64,000 bases of DNA from the human T2T-CHM13v2.0 reference genome, Homo sapiens (GCF_009914755.1 NC_060946.1), one strand, 5' to 3'; shown: positions 1-29,331, counted from the first letter of the stretch. Notes: a model not told the origin generated them from the letters alone. Program-made: numbers and translations.

Positions 1-856
1 TCAGAGACTGCAGTGCACACCCCACAATCATGGCTCGCCCTCACTTGATGGGAACTTGGCATGGGAGAGGGGAGATAACCAAGGAGAAGACAGAGGTGTG
101 TTCGCTATCCACACAGGAAGGCTCAGTGGCCAGGAGAGGAAACTCAATCTTTTGGGTACCAGCAGGGCCCCCAGATATTGTTCAAGCAGGTAAACCAAGG
201 GTGAGAATCTATCTGGTCCAGCGTTTCCTACCTGCTACTTTGCAAAGAGCTAAAAGAAGAAGAGCCCACTTTGCTCTCCAGTCCTCCAGAAACCCTGGCT
301 TAGGATGGGTTAAACAGATGCCAGTGTGGGAGAGGGGACCACCCACTCCCTACCTCCTACCTCCCCCACTGCCTTGTGCCCTAAGCTGAGGGGACCCAGG
401 AGGAGCTCTAACTGAGGTCAGAAAAGGGGAAGAGTGGTTGGCTGGACCACCAGGAGCCCTTTTAAAAAAACCTGCAGTCCCTACAAACTGCTGGAAACCA
501 ACAGTCAGGCCCAGCGCAGTGCCGGGTCTCCCAACACAACATCTGTGTGATACGGCCCACCATCCAAGGAGCCGGCAAACACCAGGAGAGGAAAGCCAAG
601 CAACAGAGTGAAGGCAAAGACAGGGTGGGAACCAGGACCAAGCAACCAGGAAGGAGGAACGTCAGCTGTGGGGGAAGGGGGCCTGGGGGAAGAACAAAGG
701 AGGAGAGCAGAGGGAGGGTGGAGGAACAGAGGGGAGGTGTGCAAAGCGGTGGGCGGTCAGCCGGGCCCCCGGCACACGCAGCGGCTGGCTCAAGGCTGCG
801 ACCGTGAGAACAGCATCATCTCCTTCAGCCCATCTCTGCCCTGACCCAGCCCCTAC

Positions 857-920
857 CTGACACTTGTGAGGCCGCTCAGAAGTGTGCACCTGCTTGATAT
901 GTCCGTTCAAGTGATCAGGC
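857..920 (-). CDS. PATZ1: PATZ1 coding exon 2 (64 nt; (R)PDHLNGHIKQVHTSERPHKCQ), which completes the finger begun in exon 1
   Basis: Acceptor ttctctcttttccag| at 921 and donor CAG|gtaggg at 856. Phase matches exon 1 (1271+64=1335, a multiple of 3). The gene continues beyond the left edge of the window. Confidence 0.96.
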
Positions 921-2291
921 CTGGAAAAGAGAGAACCAAGAGGGACTTTAGAAACTTGGCCAGACCCCACCACACAGGCACATATGCATACGTGTGTACA
1001 CACACACACACACTCACTGCTGGAAAGGACTCCCTCTCCCCAACCCCAGCATGACAAAGACAAAGTCACCACCCAGTTCTGGCTCCACAGGCCCAGGCCT
1101 CTCTGCCCTGGTTTTCTCTGGAGGGGGGAAGAGAAATGGGCATTTGTCTCTGATTTTGCCTCCCCACTCCCTCAATTCTCCCCACCAGAAACTCAGTGTT
1201 TTCTAGGACCAGAGGCGGTGGCAGTAGAATGAAACAGAGCTGCCTCACTGCAGCCTTTCCAGGAGGGGATATGTGATTCATTGTCCAGACTAAAGCCCCT
1301 TAGAAACTCAGCAATCCCCTCCCCCAGCCTCTCCCGCCACGGGCAGCCAATGAATGCCACCCGGATGGAATTCAGTCCCCAGAGGCCAGCAGTGGAGCCT
1401 TAAGTCCCCAGCTGGGCTGGTAAGCCAGATGCCCGCCTGAGCAGGTGGGCAGGGGCTGCCTGACCGGTAAGACTGGTTCCTGGTCGGGGCCCTCTGAGGG
1501 AGTTCTCCATCCCTGTGTTCACACACACAAGGTCCTACAATCCAGGTTAAAACCGGCCTTTTAGGAGAAAAACAAAATCACCCTCTGCTCCCAGACAAGT
1601 CCTCAGTTCCCCAACAGGCTAACTAGAAAGTGAACCTACATAGAGATCCTGTCCCCATTCCTTTCTGTCCTGAAAACATAAAGGGGCTCGTGGGTCCCAT
1701 TAGGCTCTAGAGCTACCAGGTCAGAGCAGATCAAAGCTTTTGGTGTTAAGCAGCAGCTCTGGGTGACCAGCTCTGTGTCCCATGATCCCAGGGTGGTGTG
1801 AGAGGCACAGCTGGAGTCTACTGATCAGGATGGCCAGTGTTCTGTGTTGGGGAATCTGGTGCCTCAAGAGTGTAGGGAGTCCCAGATGCACTTGTTCCAG
1901 TACCTCCCTCGGCAGCCATTCAAGCGGGGAAGTCGCTGGAGGAGCCCAGTCTCCCGCCCCCAGAGGGGGCCCCACGCCTGGTGCCGGAAACACAAAGGGA
2001 GCCCTGGGGGAAGAATGGTGAGGTCCGGTGGCTCTGGCCTGAGGAATCCGGCCCCAGGAGGAGAGACAGTAGGGCACACTTAGCGTCAAAAAAACTTCCC
2101 TGAGGGAATGGAAAGCAGGTCTCAGGCATACCATCTCAAAATAAGGGCCCTTAAAAACACTCTACCCAAACCTGGCATGGTTCTATAAGGTCAAATGACC
2201 CCCACAAATCCCACACCCCCAGATCTTGGCAGGAGCCTTTTCAGGACTAAGATAACGTGTGGCAGGGGAGGAAGAGGGGGCCTTTCCTCAC

Positions 2292-3562
2292 CTGGAGAAG
2301 CCTTTCCCACAGCTCTGGCAGATGTAAGGCTTGCCCACGGACCCATCATGGGACCGCACATGGTAGGACATGCGGTCTTTTCTCTTGAACCGCAACCCAC
2401 ACACAGGGCAGGAGTAGGGCTTCTCCCCAGAGTGGGACAGCTTGTGCCGGTTAAGATGATACACATCACGGAAGATCTTGCCGCAGATCTCACAAGCCAC
2501 CTGCTTCCTGGTCCGGCTCCTCTTTCGGGGGCCGTCGGGGTCTTCAGAGATGGGTAGCCCATTCTCACCCAGCCTCGGAGGAGGAAGGTCGATGTAGCCC
2601 AGCTGGAGGCTGGTGACACCGTGCTGGGCCTCGTGCTGCCGGAGCCGGTTGGCATCAGTGAACACCTTACCACATAGACCGCATGGAAGGATGCCTGCCT
2701 CCCTCAGGCCCCCTGGGGACCCAAACATTGAGTCCAGCAGGTTGGCCTTCCTTGGGCGGCCCCGGCCTCGCTTGCCAGTCAGGGGAGGGGCACTGGATGC
2801 CACACTGGGGAATGGGGAAGTCAGCAGTTGGGGGGATAGGGGTCCAGCCACCATGGGCAAGCGGTCCACCCCAGGTAACACAGGCAAAGAGGCTTGGCCT
2901 GCAATGGCTGCACCAGCCGCCCGAGCTGCCTCCTCCTCTGGCTGCATGCTGCCGGCGATGCCATTGCTGTTGGCTGCCAAGGCTGCCCCGTTGGTCATGT
3001 CCAAAGGGAAGCCCAAGTCCGAGGTCCCAGGGGGGCGAAAGAGCATTATATCGGCGCGGGCAGGGGGTACCAGGATCTGTACGTTGGACTGTTTGATGAC
3101 TTCCTGGCAGATCTCGATAACCGACCTCATCAGCAGGAACTTGGCGGCCGTCATGAGTTCGGGAAAGCTCTCCAAGCGCACCACGATGCGGGAAGTGTAG
3201 GCGAAGTCCAGAATGTCCCCAAATACCTTGGAGCTGATAGTGTGCATCTCCAGCTCCCGGCTGCCCCCGGCCCCGCCGCCTGGTGCTGCCGTCGCGCCCC
3301 CTACATCAGCCGGACCCCCGTCCGCAGCTCCGCCGTCGCCCAACTGGGCGCTGAACACCGACTCAAAGTACTCGCTGCAGGCGGCCAGCACGGCGCGGTG
3401 CGCTGGGAAGCTCTCGTCGCCTACCCGCAAGAGCACGTCGCAGAAGCGCCCGCCGTTTTTGCGCTGCTGGTTCAGGTTGTGCAGCATCTCCGTGCTGTGT
3501 CTGCTCACCTGGTATGTGTAGCAGCCAGACGGGCCGCACGAAGCGTCGTTCACCCGCTCCAT
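2292..3562 (-). CDS. PATZ1: PATZ1 (ZBTB19/MAZR) coding exon 1: BTB/POZ domain, AT-hook, three C2H2 zinc fingers and the start of a fourth
   Basis: ATG at 3562 in a strong context (GCCATGG). Translation MERVNDASCG... contains BTB motifs (FCDVLLRVG..F.AHRAVLAACS.YF), AT-hook KRGRGRPRK and fingers CGLC..H..H, CEIC..H..H, CPVC..H..H. Donor AG|GTGAGG at 2292/2291. Coding length is 1271 nt (phase 2). Confidence 0.98.
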
Positions 3563-5720
3563 GGCCGCCGCCCCCTCCCACTAGCCCGGCCGCTGCACCT
3601 GCCCGCCCCCTCCCTTCCCCTCAGCAGCGAGAAGCGGGGCGCAGCAGACGTGTCCACACTCCCCACACGTGCCGGCCCGAGGCTCTGTAGTCTCGCAGGT
3701 GCGCCGAGTGTACACGCCCCCAGCCCGGATCAGACTGTCTAGACTGCGGGGTGCACCACCCCCCACATAGCCAACCCCCGCCCTCGCTGGACTGCGCGCC
3801 ACTCTCTCCTCTCCGCCCGCCCGCCTCCCCTTCCCGGTCTACCTTCCGGGGGGGTGCGCGAGCGAAGAGGTGCGCCCCTCCTGCAAACGCGCCTGCCACC
3901 TCCCCTCCCGCCCGCCAGGCGGCGCCGGCGCGCAGCCAAGAAGGGCACGCGCACGCGGGGAGGAGAAGGAGGGGTCCGCCGCGCAGGCGCGCGCGCGCGC
4001 CGCGGCTTTTCCCGGGCCCGCTGGGGGCGCGCGCTGCGTCCCCTGCAAAGCGCGAGCCGGGGCGGGGGCGCCGGAGCGGAGGAAACAAAAGGCGAAGGCG
4101 AAGGCGGCGGCGGCGGGGCGCGCACGGGGGCGGTGGCGCGGGCCGGGTCCCGGAGCCTGGAGGGCGGTGGCGGCGGCGGCGGCGGCTGGAGCGGGCGGGC
4201 GGCGGCGGCGGCAGAGTAGGCCCTTCCTCAGGCCGGGAGAAGGCGGCGGCGGAGCGGCGGCTGTGCGGCCCCGGGCTCCGTGTGTTCGGAGCGGAGGAAA
4301 GATGGCAGCGGCTGCACTTCCTCTTGCACTTTCACCCCTGGGGGGAGGAGAAGGAGGGGGCGATACCAACAACACCCCCCCTCTCGCTTGCAGAAAAAAA
4401 AGAAACGGCGAGCTCAGAGTGGGGGCCCCCGGCGTCCCCGGCCTTGCACGTGCGCGCCCGGATGCCTAGCCCGGGCCGCCTGGCGCTGCAAACTTTACAC
4501 TTTCTTTGTGCCGAGCGCCCCCCCCTCACCAAGACGAGGATGCACGTCCCCCCTTCCCTATTTATACACCCCCCCCCCGCAGCTCCGCTCCCCCCGCTTC
4601 CTGCCCCCCCTCCCCATTCCCCAGATCCGCCAATGCTAGAGCAGCCTGAGCCCCCGTCCGGCCCCCGCCTCCCCACCCCGCCCGCGGGGCCGGGGGCTGC
4701 AGTCTCAGCCCCCCCGGACCAATGCAAACGAAGCGCCGAGCCAGCAAACCAGCTCCCACTGCCCCTCCCCTGCCCGCTGAGAGTGGCGGCTAGCAGGGTG
4801 GGGGGGCAGGAACTGAGGGGTGCGGATCCGGGCCCCCCAGCCTGCGAAGCGCACTCGCAGGTCGAGCGGGCGTCGTCCACCCTTCGGAGCCCCGCTTTCA
4901 TGCGTGAAATTCCCAGAAGTCGCCTGCGACCGCCTCCCTGCTTCAAACACCAGAGAGGGCCCGGGGTCCTGGCCGGAGACAGGCCGAACCTCCGGAGCTG
5001 CTTCTGCACCCGGTACATTGATCGATCTGATGGGCTGCGCGCCCGGAAGAGCTGGAGAGATGAAGCCAGCGTCCAGCTTCTCCCCCAAACCACAGCACGC
5101 CGAGCTTTGTCCCCGGGGAGCGTGAAGTCACCAGCTCCGGGAGGCGACAATATGAGGGCGATGGACGGGGCAGGGACCCCCGGAAGCCCCAGCAATCCTC
5201 AGGGAAGTGGGGGTGCCGGAGGAGTCGGGGACACCCTCAGGCCTCTCCAAGCCCGGAGCATCCCCAGCGCCCGCAGCCCTGTGAGACGCCGGGTGCTCTG
5301 GTAATGGGCCCTGCCGCCAGGCCTCGGCGCTTTGTCCCCGGCCCGCCCGGGGATGCTACCACGCTAGAGTTGTACACCAAGGTTTGTCTTCCCAGGAAGC
5401 GCTGGCGGCTGCCTTTGGGCCGCCTGGCGCGGAGCCCCAGGCTGCAGGCGCCGCGTGTGCGGGCGGGAAGTTCCCACAGTTGCAAAGAGGCAGCGAAGTA
5501 TGTGTTCCAAACTTTCCACGGTTCCAAACTGAGCGCTTCCATTAAGAGAAGCGGTGTGCGGGGGAAAAGCATTCTGGGTATTAGCATGCAAATGAACGGG
5601 CCCGGCTTCCAACTCCGCTCGGGATTCCCACCGCTGCGCGCCGAGCTCGCGCCCAGCCACGCGCGCCCTGAGGCTTCCGGGCGTTGCCCTGGCGGATGAT
5701 CCGAGTTCAAAATCGAGACC
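2890..5720. promoter_or_regulatory. CpG island and probable bidirectional promoter of PATZ1 (minus strand) and a divergent plus-strand transcript; includes the long GC-rich PATZ1 5'UTR (~3563-4300)
   Basis: Very high GC and CpG density, (GGC)n runs at 4165-4212, YY1-like AAGATGGCAGC at ~4299, E-box CACGTG at ~4447, CCAAT at ~4629 and ~4719, NF-kB-like GGGAAGTTCCC at 5465-5475 and octamer at 5586-5593. Confidence 0.9.
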
Positions 5721-6060
5721 TCTGCCTTCTGGTTTCGTGTCCTGGTGCTTAGTCACTTGGCCTCCCTGAGATTCAGTTAAACTGTTTCTTAACCTGTGCA
5801 CAGGGACAGCAGCACCTGTCCTGCACACCTCCGCTCTAGGGCATAGTACATGCCAAACTCCTGTTGGAGAGAATGAATTAGAGGCATGAAGAAAGTTCCC
5901 TGGACACGAAGCCAGGAGATCTGTGTTCTAAGCCCAGACTCACTGTCACCTTAGGCTAGTGCCTCCCTCTCTGAGCCACAGCTTTCTTGGGCGGATTTTG
6001 GGAACTGGCACGTTTTATTTTTGAGAGAGCTGCTGGGAACATCCACAGAGAAAGAGAAAG

Positions 6061-6660
6061 GGGCCGGGCGCGGTGGCTCACGCCTGTTATCCCAGCACTT
6101 TGGGAGGCTGAGGCGGGCGGATCACCTGAGGTCGGGAGTTCGAGACCAGTCTGACCAACACGGAGAAACCCCATCTCTACTAAAAATACAAAACTAGGCC
6201 GGGCGCAGTGGCTCATGCCTGTAATCCCAGCACTTTGGGAGGTCGAGGCAGGCGGATCACCTGAGGTCGGGAGTTCTAGACCAGCCTGACCAACATGGAG
6301 AAACCCCGTCTCTACTAAAAATACAAAATTAGCCGGGCGTGGTGGCACATGCCTGTAATCTCAGCTACTAGAGAGGCTGAGGCAGGAGAATCGCTTGAAC
6401 CTGGGAGGCGGAGGTTGCCGTGAGCCGAGATCGTGCCATTGCACTACAGCCTGGGCAACAAGAGCGAAACTCCGTCTCAAAAAAAAAAAAAATACAAAAT
6501 TAGCCGGGCGTGGTGGCACATGCCTATAATCCGAGCTACTGGGGAGGCTGAGGCAGGAGAATCACTTGAACCCGGGAGGCGGAGTTGCGGTGAGCCGAGA
6601 TCGCGCCATTGCACTCTAGCCTGGGCAACAAGAGCAAAACTGTTTCAAAAAAAAAAAAAA
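6061..6660 (+). mobile_element. Nested AluS pair: a full Alu (6197-6490) inserted in the linker of another
   Basis: Left arm, linker, complete Alu with poly(A), then duplicated linker (aaaatacaaaa.tag) and right arm. Confidence 0.9.
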
Positions 6661-7274
6661 GAAGAAGAAAGAAAAGAAAAAGAGGTTTGCTCTGAGTGTC
6701 CAGTGTATACACACATCGTTTCTCCATAGTAGGTACAGATATTCCTATTCAACCATTGGAACTGGGGAAGGTGAGTGACCTGCCCAAGGCCACACAGATA
6801 GTGATGGAGCCAGGATTCAAACTGGTTAACTGCCCCTTTCTCACCAGTGGCTTCTGAAACCTGTCACCCGTCCATGGCTCCACTTGAACCAGGAACTGAC
6901 TCTCTGTCTGCTATGCTTAGAAAACAAGGTGCCATGACTGGCCCCATTCCAGCGGATTCACCCGGTGAAGGTGGGTTCAGAAGGTGGTGCTCTGAGGAAA
7001 ACAGGGAACGTGCATCAGCCCTGTTTTGCAGATAGGAAGCCTGAGGTTCAAGGAGCCAGAGTGGTCCAGGATCCCACCTTGGGGAAGTGGCCAGAGACAG
7101 TCCAGACGCCGTTCTGATCCCACCTGGGAGCTTTTTTCCAAATGTCGCCTTGGCAGTGTGATTGTGGGGGTGGGAGTAACCTCTCTACTTCATCCATTAC
7201 TCTCAGTCTTGCCCATCTCTCAGGCTCCTAGGAATCCATTATGTAACTTAAGGCATGCTTGCAGAACATGTCTT

Positions 7275-8204
<930 letters not shown>

Positions 8205-8234
8205 ACATGTTTTTATAAATAATTTTAGTGCTGG

Positions 8235-8335
8235 TCAAACCTCTCATTTTATGAATGAGCATGCTGAGGCCCAGAGAGGTTAAGTAACTTGCCCAGGGTC
8301 ACACCCTTAGTCAGGATCCAGACTAAAACCAAACT
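8235..8335. mobile_element. MIR element (other MIR fragments at ~5750-5810, ~6760-6830, ~9800-9935 and ~20400-20460)
   Basis: MIR core ctcattttat..atgag...ctgaggcccagagaggttaagtaacttgcccagggtcacac. Confidence 0.75.
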
Positions 8336-8704
8336 TTCCTGAGTTCCTAGACTTTCAAACACTAAGAGCCTCCCATGTCACCTTTAAAGACCTCGACTAC
8401 TTGCCCGAGTTTTCATTAATTGACTTAGAAACCTGCCTGGTGAACAACTGAGTTAGCCGTATTTATGAAGCTTTTTTTCTCTCAACATCTATTGAAAGAA
8501 CCCACCGCCATGTTCCGGATTTCTAGGCCACACCTTGAAAACATGCAGAGCTCACAATCCCTGCATCTGCCTCCTGCTGCTGGCCTGTCGGGCCCTCTTC
8601 TGTTGCCATGGAAACCATGCACCTCAGTTTTGGCAGCAGACCAGCTGGACAGCGAACTGAGAATATCCTTGTCTCCTAGGCTAAGCAGAGCTGTCAAGGT
8701 CATG

Positions 8705-8850
8705 TATTCATTAACTAGATTTGTATTTATTGATCACCTACTAAGCACCAGGCTTTTGTTTTGTAAGATGCTAGGGATACAGCAGTGAACAAGCCAGACC
8801 ACAGATCCTGCCCTCAAGGAACCCGTAGTCTAGAGGAGACAGACAAAAAC
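8705..8850 (-). mobile_element. L2 3' end fragment
   Basis: tatttattgatcacctactaagcaccaggc...ctagggatacagcagtgaacaag...cctgccctcaaggaac..gtagtctag. Confidence 0.7.
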
Positions 8851-9188
8851 CAAGGAACAAAAAAGGCTTTACCTGGCTCCTCTCCCTAGTTCACATTCTC
8901 CCAACCTTCCAGGCTGTGCTAAAATCCACTTCCCCTGGACCATCCCCGGAAGAGCCCAAATGCAGGTGATAGCTCCTCTCAGGATTTACATTGCATTTTT
9001 TGTTGTTACTCCCTGATTGTAAAAGTGCTATGTGCATTGTGGAAAATGTAGGAGATACACAAAAGCACAAAGAAGAAAAATTAAATAAAGATCTGTAATT
9101 TCACCACCAAGAGTCGAGCGCTGCCAACATTTCCTTCTGGTCTTTTTCTACATATGTGTATTTCTCTTTAAAAAAAAAAAAAATTATT

Positions 9189-14180
<4,992 letters not shown>

Positions 14181-14232
14181 GCAGCCTCCTGAGTAGCTGG
14201 GACTACAGGTACATGCTACCACATCTGGCTAA

Positions 14233-14540
<308 letters not shown>

Positions 14541-14795
14541 CTAATTTGTGTATTTTTTGTAGAGACAAAGATTTCATTACGTTGCTCAGGCTGGTCTCAA
14601 ACTCCTGGGCTCAAGCCATCTGCCCGCCTTGGCCTCCCAATGTGCTGGGATTACAGGCGTGAGCCACTGTGCCCAGCCTTATTTTTCTTTTTAATGTTTA
14701 TTTTCTCCATCAAATATAATTTGGAAAATGAGGCAAAGCAGAGGAAACGATAATAAATTATCCATAGTGTCTCACCACTTAAATAGAAGTACTAA

Positions 14796-20381
<5,586 letters not shown>

Positions 20382-20472
20382 AAAGTCTCCAGTCTTTGTG
20401 ACCCTAGTTAAGTCCCCTCCTTTCTCCATGATTCAGTTTCCTCATCTGTAAAACAAGGGAATTGATCTAAAT

Positions 20473-22603
<2,131 letters not shown>

Positions 22604-23344
22604 GAGTGGCTGTACTTGGAGGAGTCCTCTGACTAGCCATTTGCCATTTTATGTGCCTGGAAATTGCTCCCAGTGTTCCCAAGTGGGCCCTTCTCTGCCG
22701 ATGGGATGTAATGTATGACCTTGGGCAGCAGGGTCAAATAGTTTGAGGCTGCAGGCCATACCTCCACGAGAGGAGTGCTCTGAGATGGGGCCTGGGCCTC
22801 AGCACAAGTTGCCTATAGCCTCCAGAAACTCTGAGTTCTCTTAGCAATTCCTAGAAACCTCAGCAGAGTCCCCCACCCTTGGCAGGCTTATCCGGTCCAG
22901 CAGACCCAGGTGGCTGACAAATAAATTGCAGTGAATCAGAACTTGGATCCACAGCAAGTAATCATGGACAGAGGCTGAAGTATCATCTAGTTGAATTTCT
23001 CCATTTTATAGACCCAGAGGAGAAAGTGGCCTGCCCCAAGTCCTAGAGAACCCAGATTCCTGCAAAAGGGCCAGTGGTTACTGTGAGCCCCTAGGAGCTG
23101 GACAGGCCTGGGTTCAAATCCTAGCTTTGTCAATTGCCAGCTCCTGACTTTGGGCCTTTTTCAAGATACATAAATCTATTTTGTAATTCTTGCTGCTACA
23201 CCTGGGGCAATTCCCTTTCCCTACATATTTCTCTTCCAAAAAATAAAAAAGGCCAGGCGCGGTGGCTCACGCCTGTAATCCCAGCGCTTTGGGAGGCCGA
23301 GGGGGGCGGATCACGAGGTCAGGAGATCGAGACCATCCTGGCTA

Positions 23345-23762
<418 letters not shown>

Positions 23763-24066
23763 CTATTCCTTTGACTAGATAATAACTTCACAGATTCCAA
23801 ATTCAAACGGTATGAGGTATTTATATTCTTTTTCTTTTTTTTCTTGTGATAGGGTCTCACTCTGTCACCCAGGTTGGAGTGCAGTGGTGCGATCATGGCT
23901 CGCTGCAGCCTCCACCTCCTGTGCTCAAAGCAATCCTCCCTTAATTCTTGTCTGTAGGAGCAGCTACTTGGAAGGCTCAGTTGGGAGGTTCCCTTGAGCC
24001 CAGGATCATGCCACTGCATTGCAGCCTGGGCAAGAGAGTGAGACCCTGTCAAAAAAAAAAAAAAAA

Positions 24067-24238
24067 GGAAAGAGGAAGGAAGGAAAGAAGGAAGGAAGGA
24101 AGGGAGGGAGGGAGGGAGGAAAGGGAGGAAAGGGAGGGAGGGGGAGAAGGGGAGGGAAGGGAGGGAGCTGGGGAGGGAGGAAGAGAGAAAGTGAGAGAGA
24201 GAGAGAGAGAGAGAGAAAGGAAGGAAGGAAGAAAGGAG
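24067..24238. repeat. Polypurine compound microsatellite (GGAA)n/(GGGA)n/(GA)n
   Basis: Seen directly. Confidence 0.9.
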
Positions 24239-24337
24239 ATTCACAAATTGTTGAATTAAAAGAGTGAGCTACCAGGCTAGGTGCAGTGGCTCATGCCTGT
24301 AATCCCAGCACTTTGGGCGGCCAAGGCTGGCAGATCA

Positions 24338-24556
<219 letters not shown>

Positions 24557-24758
24557 TCAAAAAATAAAACAAATAAATAAAAGAGTGAGCTGCTCCATAC
24601 AAATAATAGGATCTCAGTTTTGCCTGGATAAAATAAGACAGGCATAGAAAAAATATTTGAAGATATGTAACAAAATCTTATCAGTTGCTCAGTTGCGGGA
24701 CCGAATCACAGGTTAATTGTTTTCCTTTTTTTTTTTTTTTTTTTTTTTTTTGAGATAG

Positions 24759-25808
<1,050 letters not shown>

Positions 25809-26402
25809 CTAGGCTGAAGTGTAGTGGAGTGATCTCAGCTAACTGCCACTTCTGCCCCACCTTGCACTCAAGTGATTGTCCCACCTTAGCCTCCTGAGTA
25901 GCTGGGACCACAGGCACACAGAACCACAGCCAGCTAATTTTTTATATTTTTAGTAGAGACGGGGTCTCACTATGTTGCCCAGGCTGGTCATGAACACCTG
26001 GACCGAAGCGATCCTCCCGCCTCACCCTCCAGAGTTGCTGGGATTACAGGCATGAGCCACTAAGCCCAGCCCTATTATTTATATTTTAGAGATGTGCATA
26101 CTGAGGTTAAAGGAAGGTGTAGGATGTGTCCAAAGTCTGAATCTAAGGTGTAGAGTCATGACTCTGAAACCCATATCTCCCCAAATACTGTCCTCTGCTT
26201 CCTTAGGGGAAATCCCCCAGTCACTTCCTTCGTTCTCCTAGCCATGAACATGTGATATCTAAATACTGTGCAAGGGGCCAGAGAGGCCGTAAGTGGAAAT
26301 ACAGACACAGCAGTATCTTGAATGAGGCTGGCATTCTTGGTGACAATGTTGAATTCCACATATATACAGGCATATGTTCATGCCTTCACGGGTGCAGATG
26401 TG

Positions 26403-26901
<499 letters not shown>

Positions 26902-27091
26902 TAGCTGGGATTATAGGCATGCACCACCATGCCTGGCTAATTTTTGTATTTCTAGTGGAGACAGGGTTTCACCATGTTGGCCAGGCTGGTCTTGGACTCT
27001 TGGCCTCAAGTGATCCACTCACCTCAGCCTCCCAAAATGCTGGGATTACAGGCATTAGCCACTGCACCCAGCCTCTGACATGCTTTTCTGA

Positions 27092-27628
<537 letters not shown>

Positions 27629-28026
27629 TAGCTTGGATTACAGGCACTCGCCCTCATGCCCAGCTAATTTTTGTATTTGTGTAGAGATGGGGTTTCACCA
27701 CGTTGGCCAGGCTGGTCTTGAACTCGTGACCACAGGTGATCTGTCTGCCTCGGCCTACCAAGGTGCTGGGATTACAGTTGTGAGCCACCCTGCCCAGACC
27801 AATTTTTTTTTTAATTTGATAGAAGAAAATGTGCATTGCTATGAACTGGGCAGATACTTCATAACATGAGGGCTCTTCCTGATATGATTATTTTGTTTCA
27901 TGGCTGCTAACCTGAAAAGCATCTTCATAAATGGAGGTGGGGCTTCACTCTCTTCCACTGAAGCCCCAGAAAAAACTGGGCTGTCTTTTCTTTTTCTTTC
28001 TTTCTTTCTTTTTTTTTTTTTTTTGA

Positions 28027-28131
<105 letters not shown>

Positions 28132-28249
28132 TGAGTAGCTGGGATTACAGGCAGCCGCCACCACGCCCAGCTAATTTTTTGTATTATTTTAGTAGAGATG
28201 GGGTTTCCTCATGTTGGCCAGGCTGGTCTCAACTCCTGACCTCAGGTGA

Positions 28250-28551
<302 letters not shown>

Positions 28552-29331
28552 TGATCCGCCCGCCTCGGCCTCCCAAAGTGCTGGGATTACAGGTGTGAGC
28601 CACCACGCCCGGCCTGTCTTTTCTTTTTAAGAGCATCAGGACTAGAAGCATTTGTGCACACTAATTCAGTCCAGTCAATATATTGAGCACCTACCTTGAT
28701 CGAGCCACTGCCAGGCCTGGAAAGTCCAAAGATAATCAGATATCATCTTTCCCTAGTAGGTTCTGCCCCTAGTATTGTGTTTGTATCAGTCAAGTTCATT
28801 TAGAAATCTATTATTTCTGACACAGCTGGCTTAGGAATTTGTATTTGACTGCATTAGGAGGCACTAAATTGCATGAATTCATCTGAGAGTTGAGATCACA
28901 GGAACTAATAATGTATTTGATCTCTTTGCTCGCAGTCATCATTTTTTAAAACAAAAATATTATGAAGTCCATTGATGGTGGTGAAATTAATATCCGGTTG
29001 GGATTTCCCACACAGACTGGGAGGCCTGTCATTAAGGAGCTGAATCTGGGCCAGACACACTCATTATATGTGTTGTGTTGTTAATGGGTCTGCCGAATGC
29101 ATGGAGGAAACACGCACCTTGCAAGGGTGGACTCATCCTATCCAGGTGCAAGTTCCATTTCTTCCATTTGCTACCTGGGTGACTGCGGATGGCTCACTTC
29201 CCCTTGCTGAGCCTCAGTTATCACCTCCCTAGACAAGGGCACAGAACCACAGACTAGCTGCTGTGACTTCTGGGAGGGATGAGGGATTTCACTGAATAGC
29301 AAAAGGAAATTTTCACTTAGCACTTCATTAG

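Noticed and set aside
662-856. Read-through of PATZ1 exon 2 into intron 2 (~64 extra codons) as an alternative C-terminus
   Set aside because: There is a good donor at 856, I saw no minus-strand AATAAA/ATTAAA downstream within the window, and the peptide is featureless.
2191-3742. Antisense and alternative-frame ORFs overlapping PATZ1 exon 1 (e.g. 2894-3742 +, 2613-3200 +)
   Set aside because: Shadow ORFs of a GC-rich coding exon.
3751-5304. 517-aa plus-strand ORF and other long ORFs over the CpG island
   Set aside because: Non-ATG start, low-complexity R/P/G/A composition and no recognisable domain. Long open frames are expected where GC is this high. Only the ATG-initiated tail is kept, as a low-interest finding.
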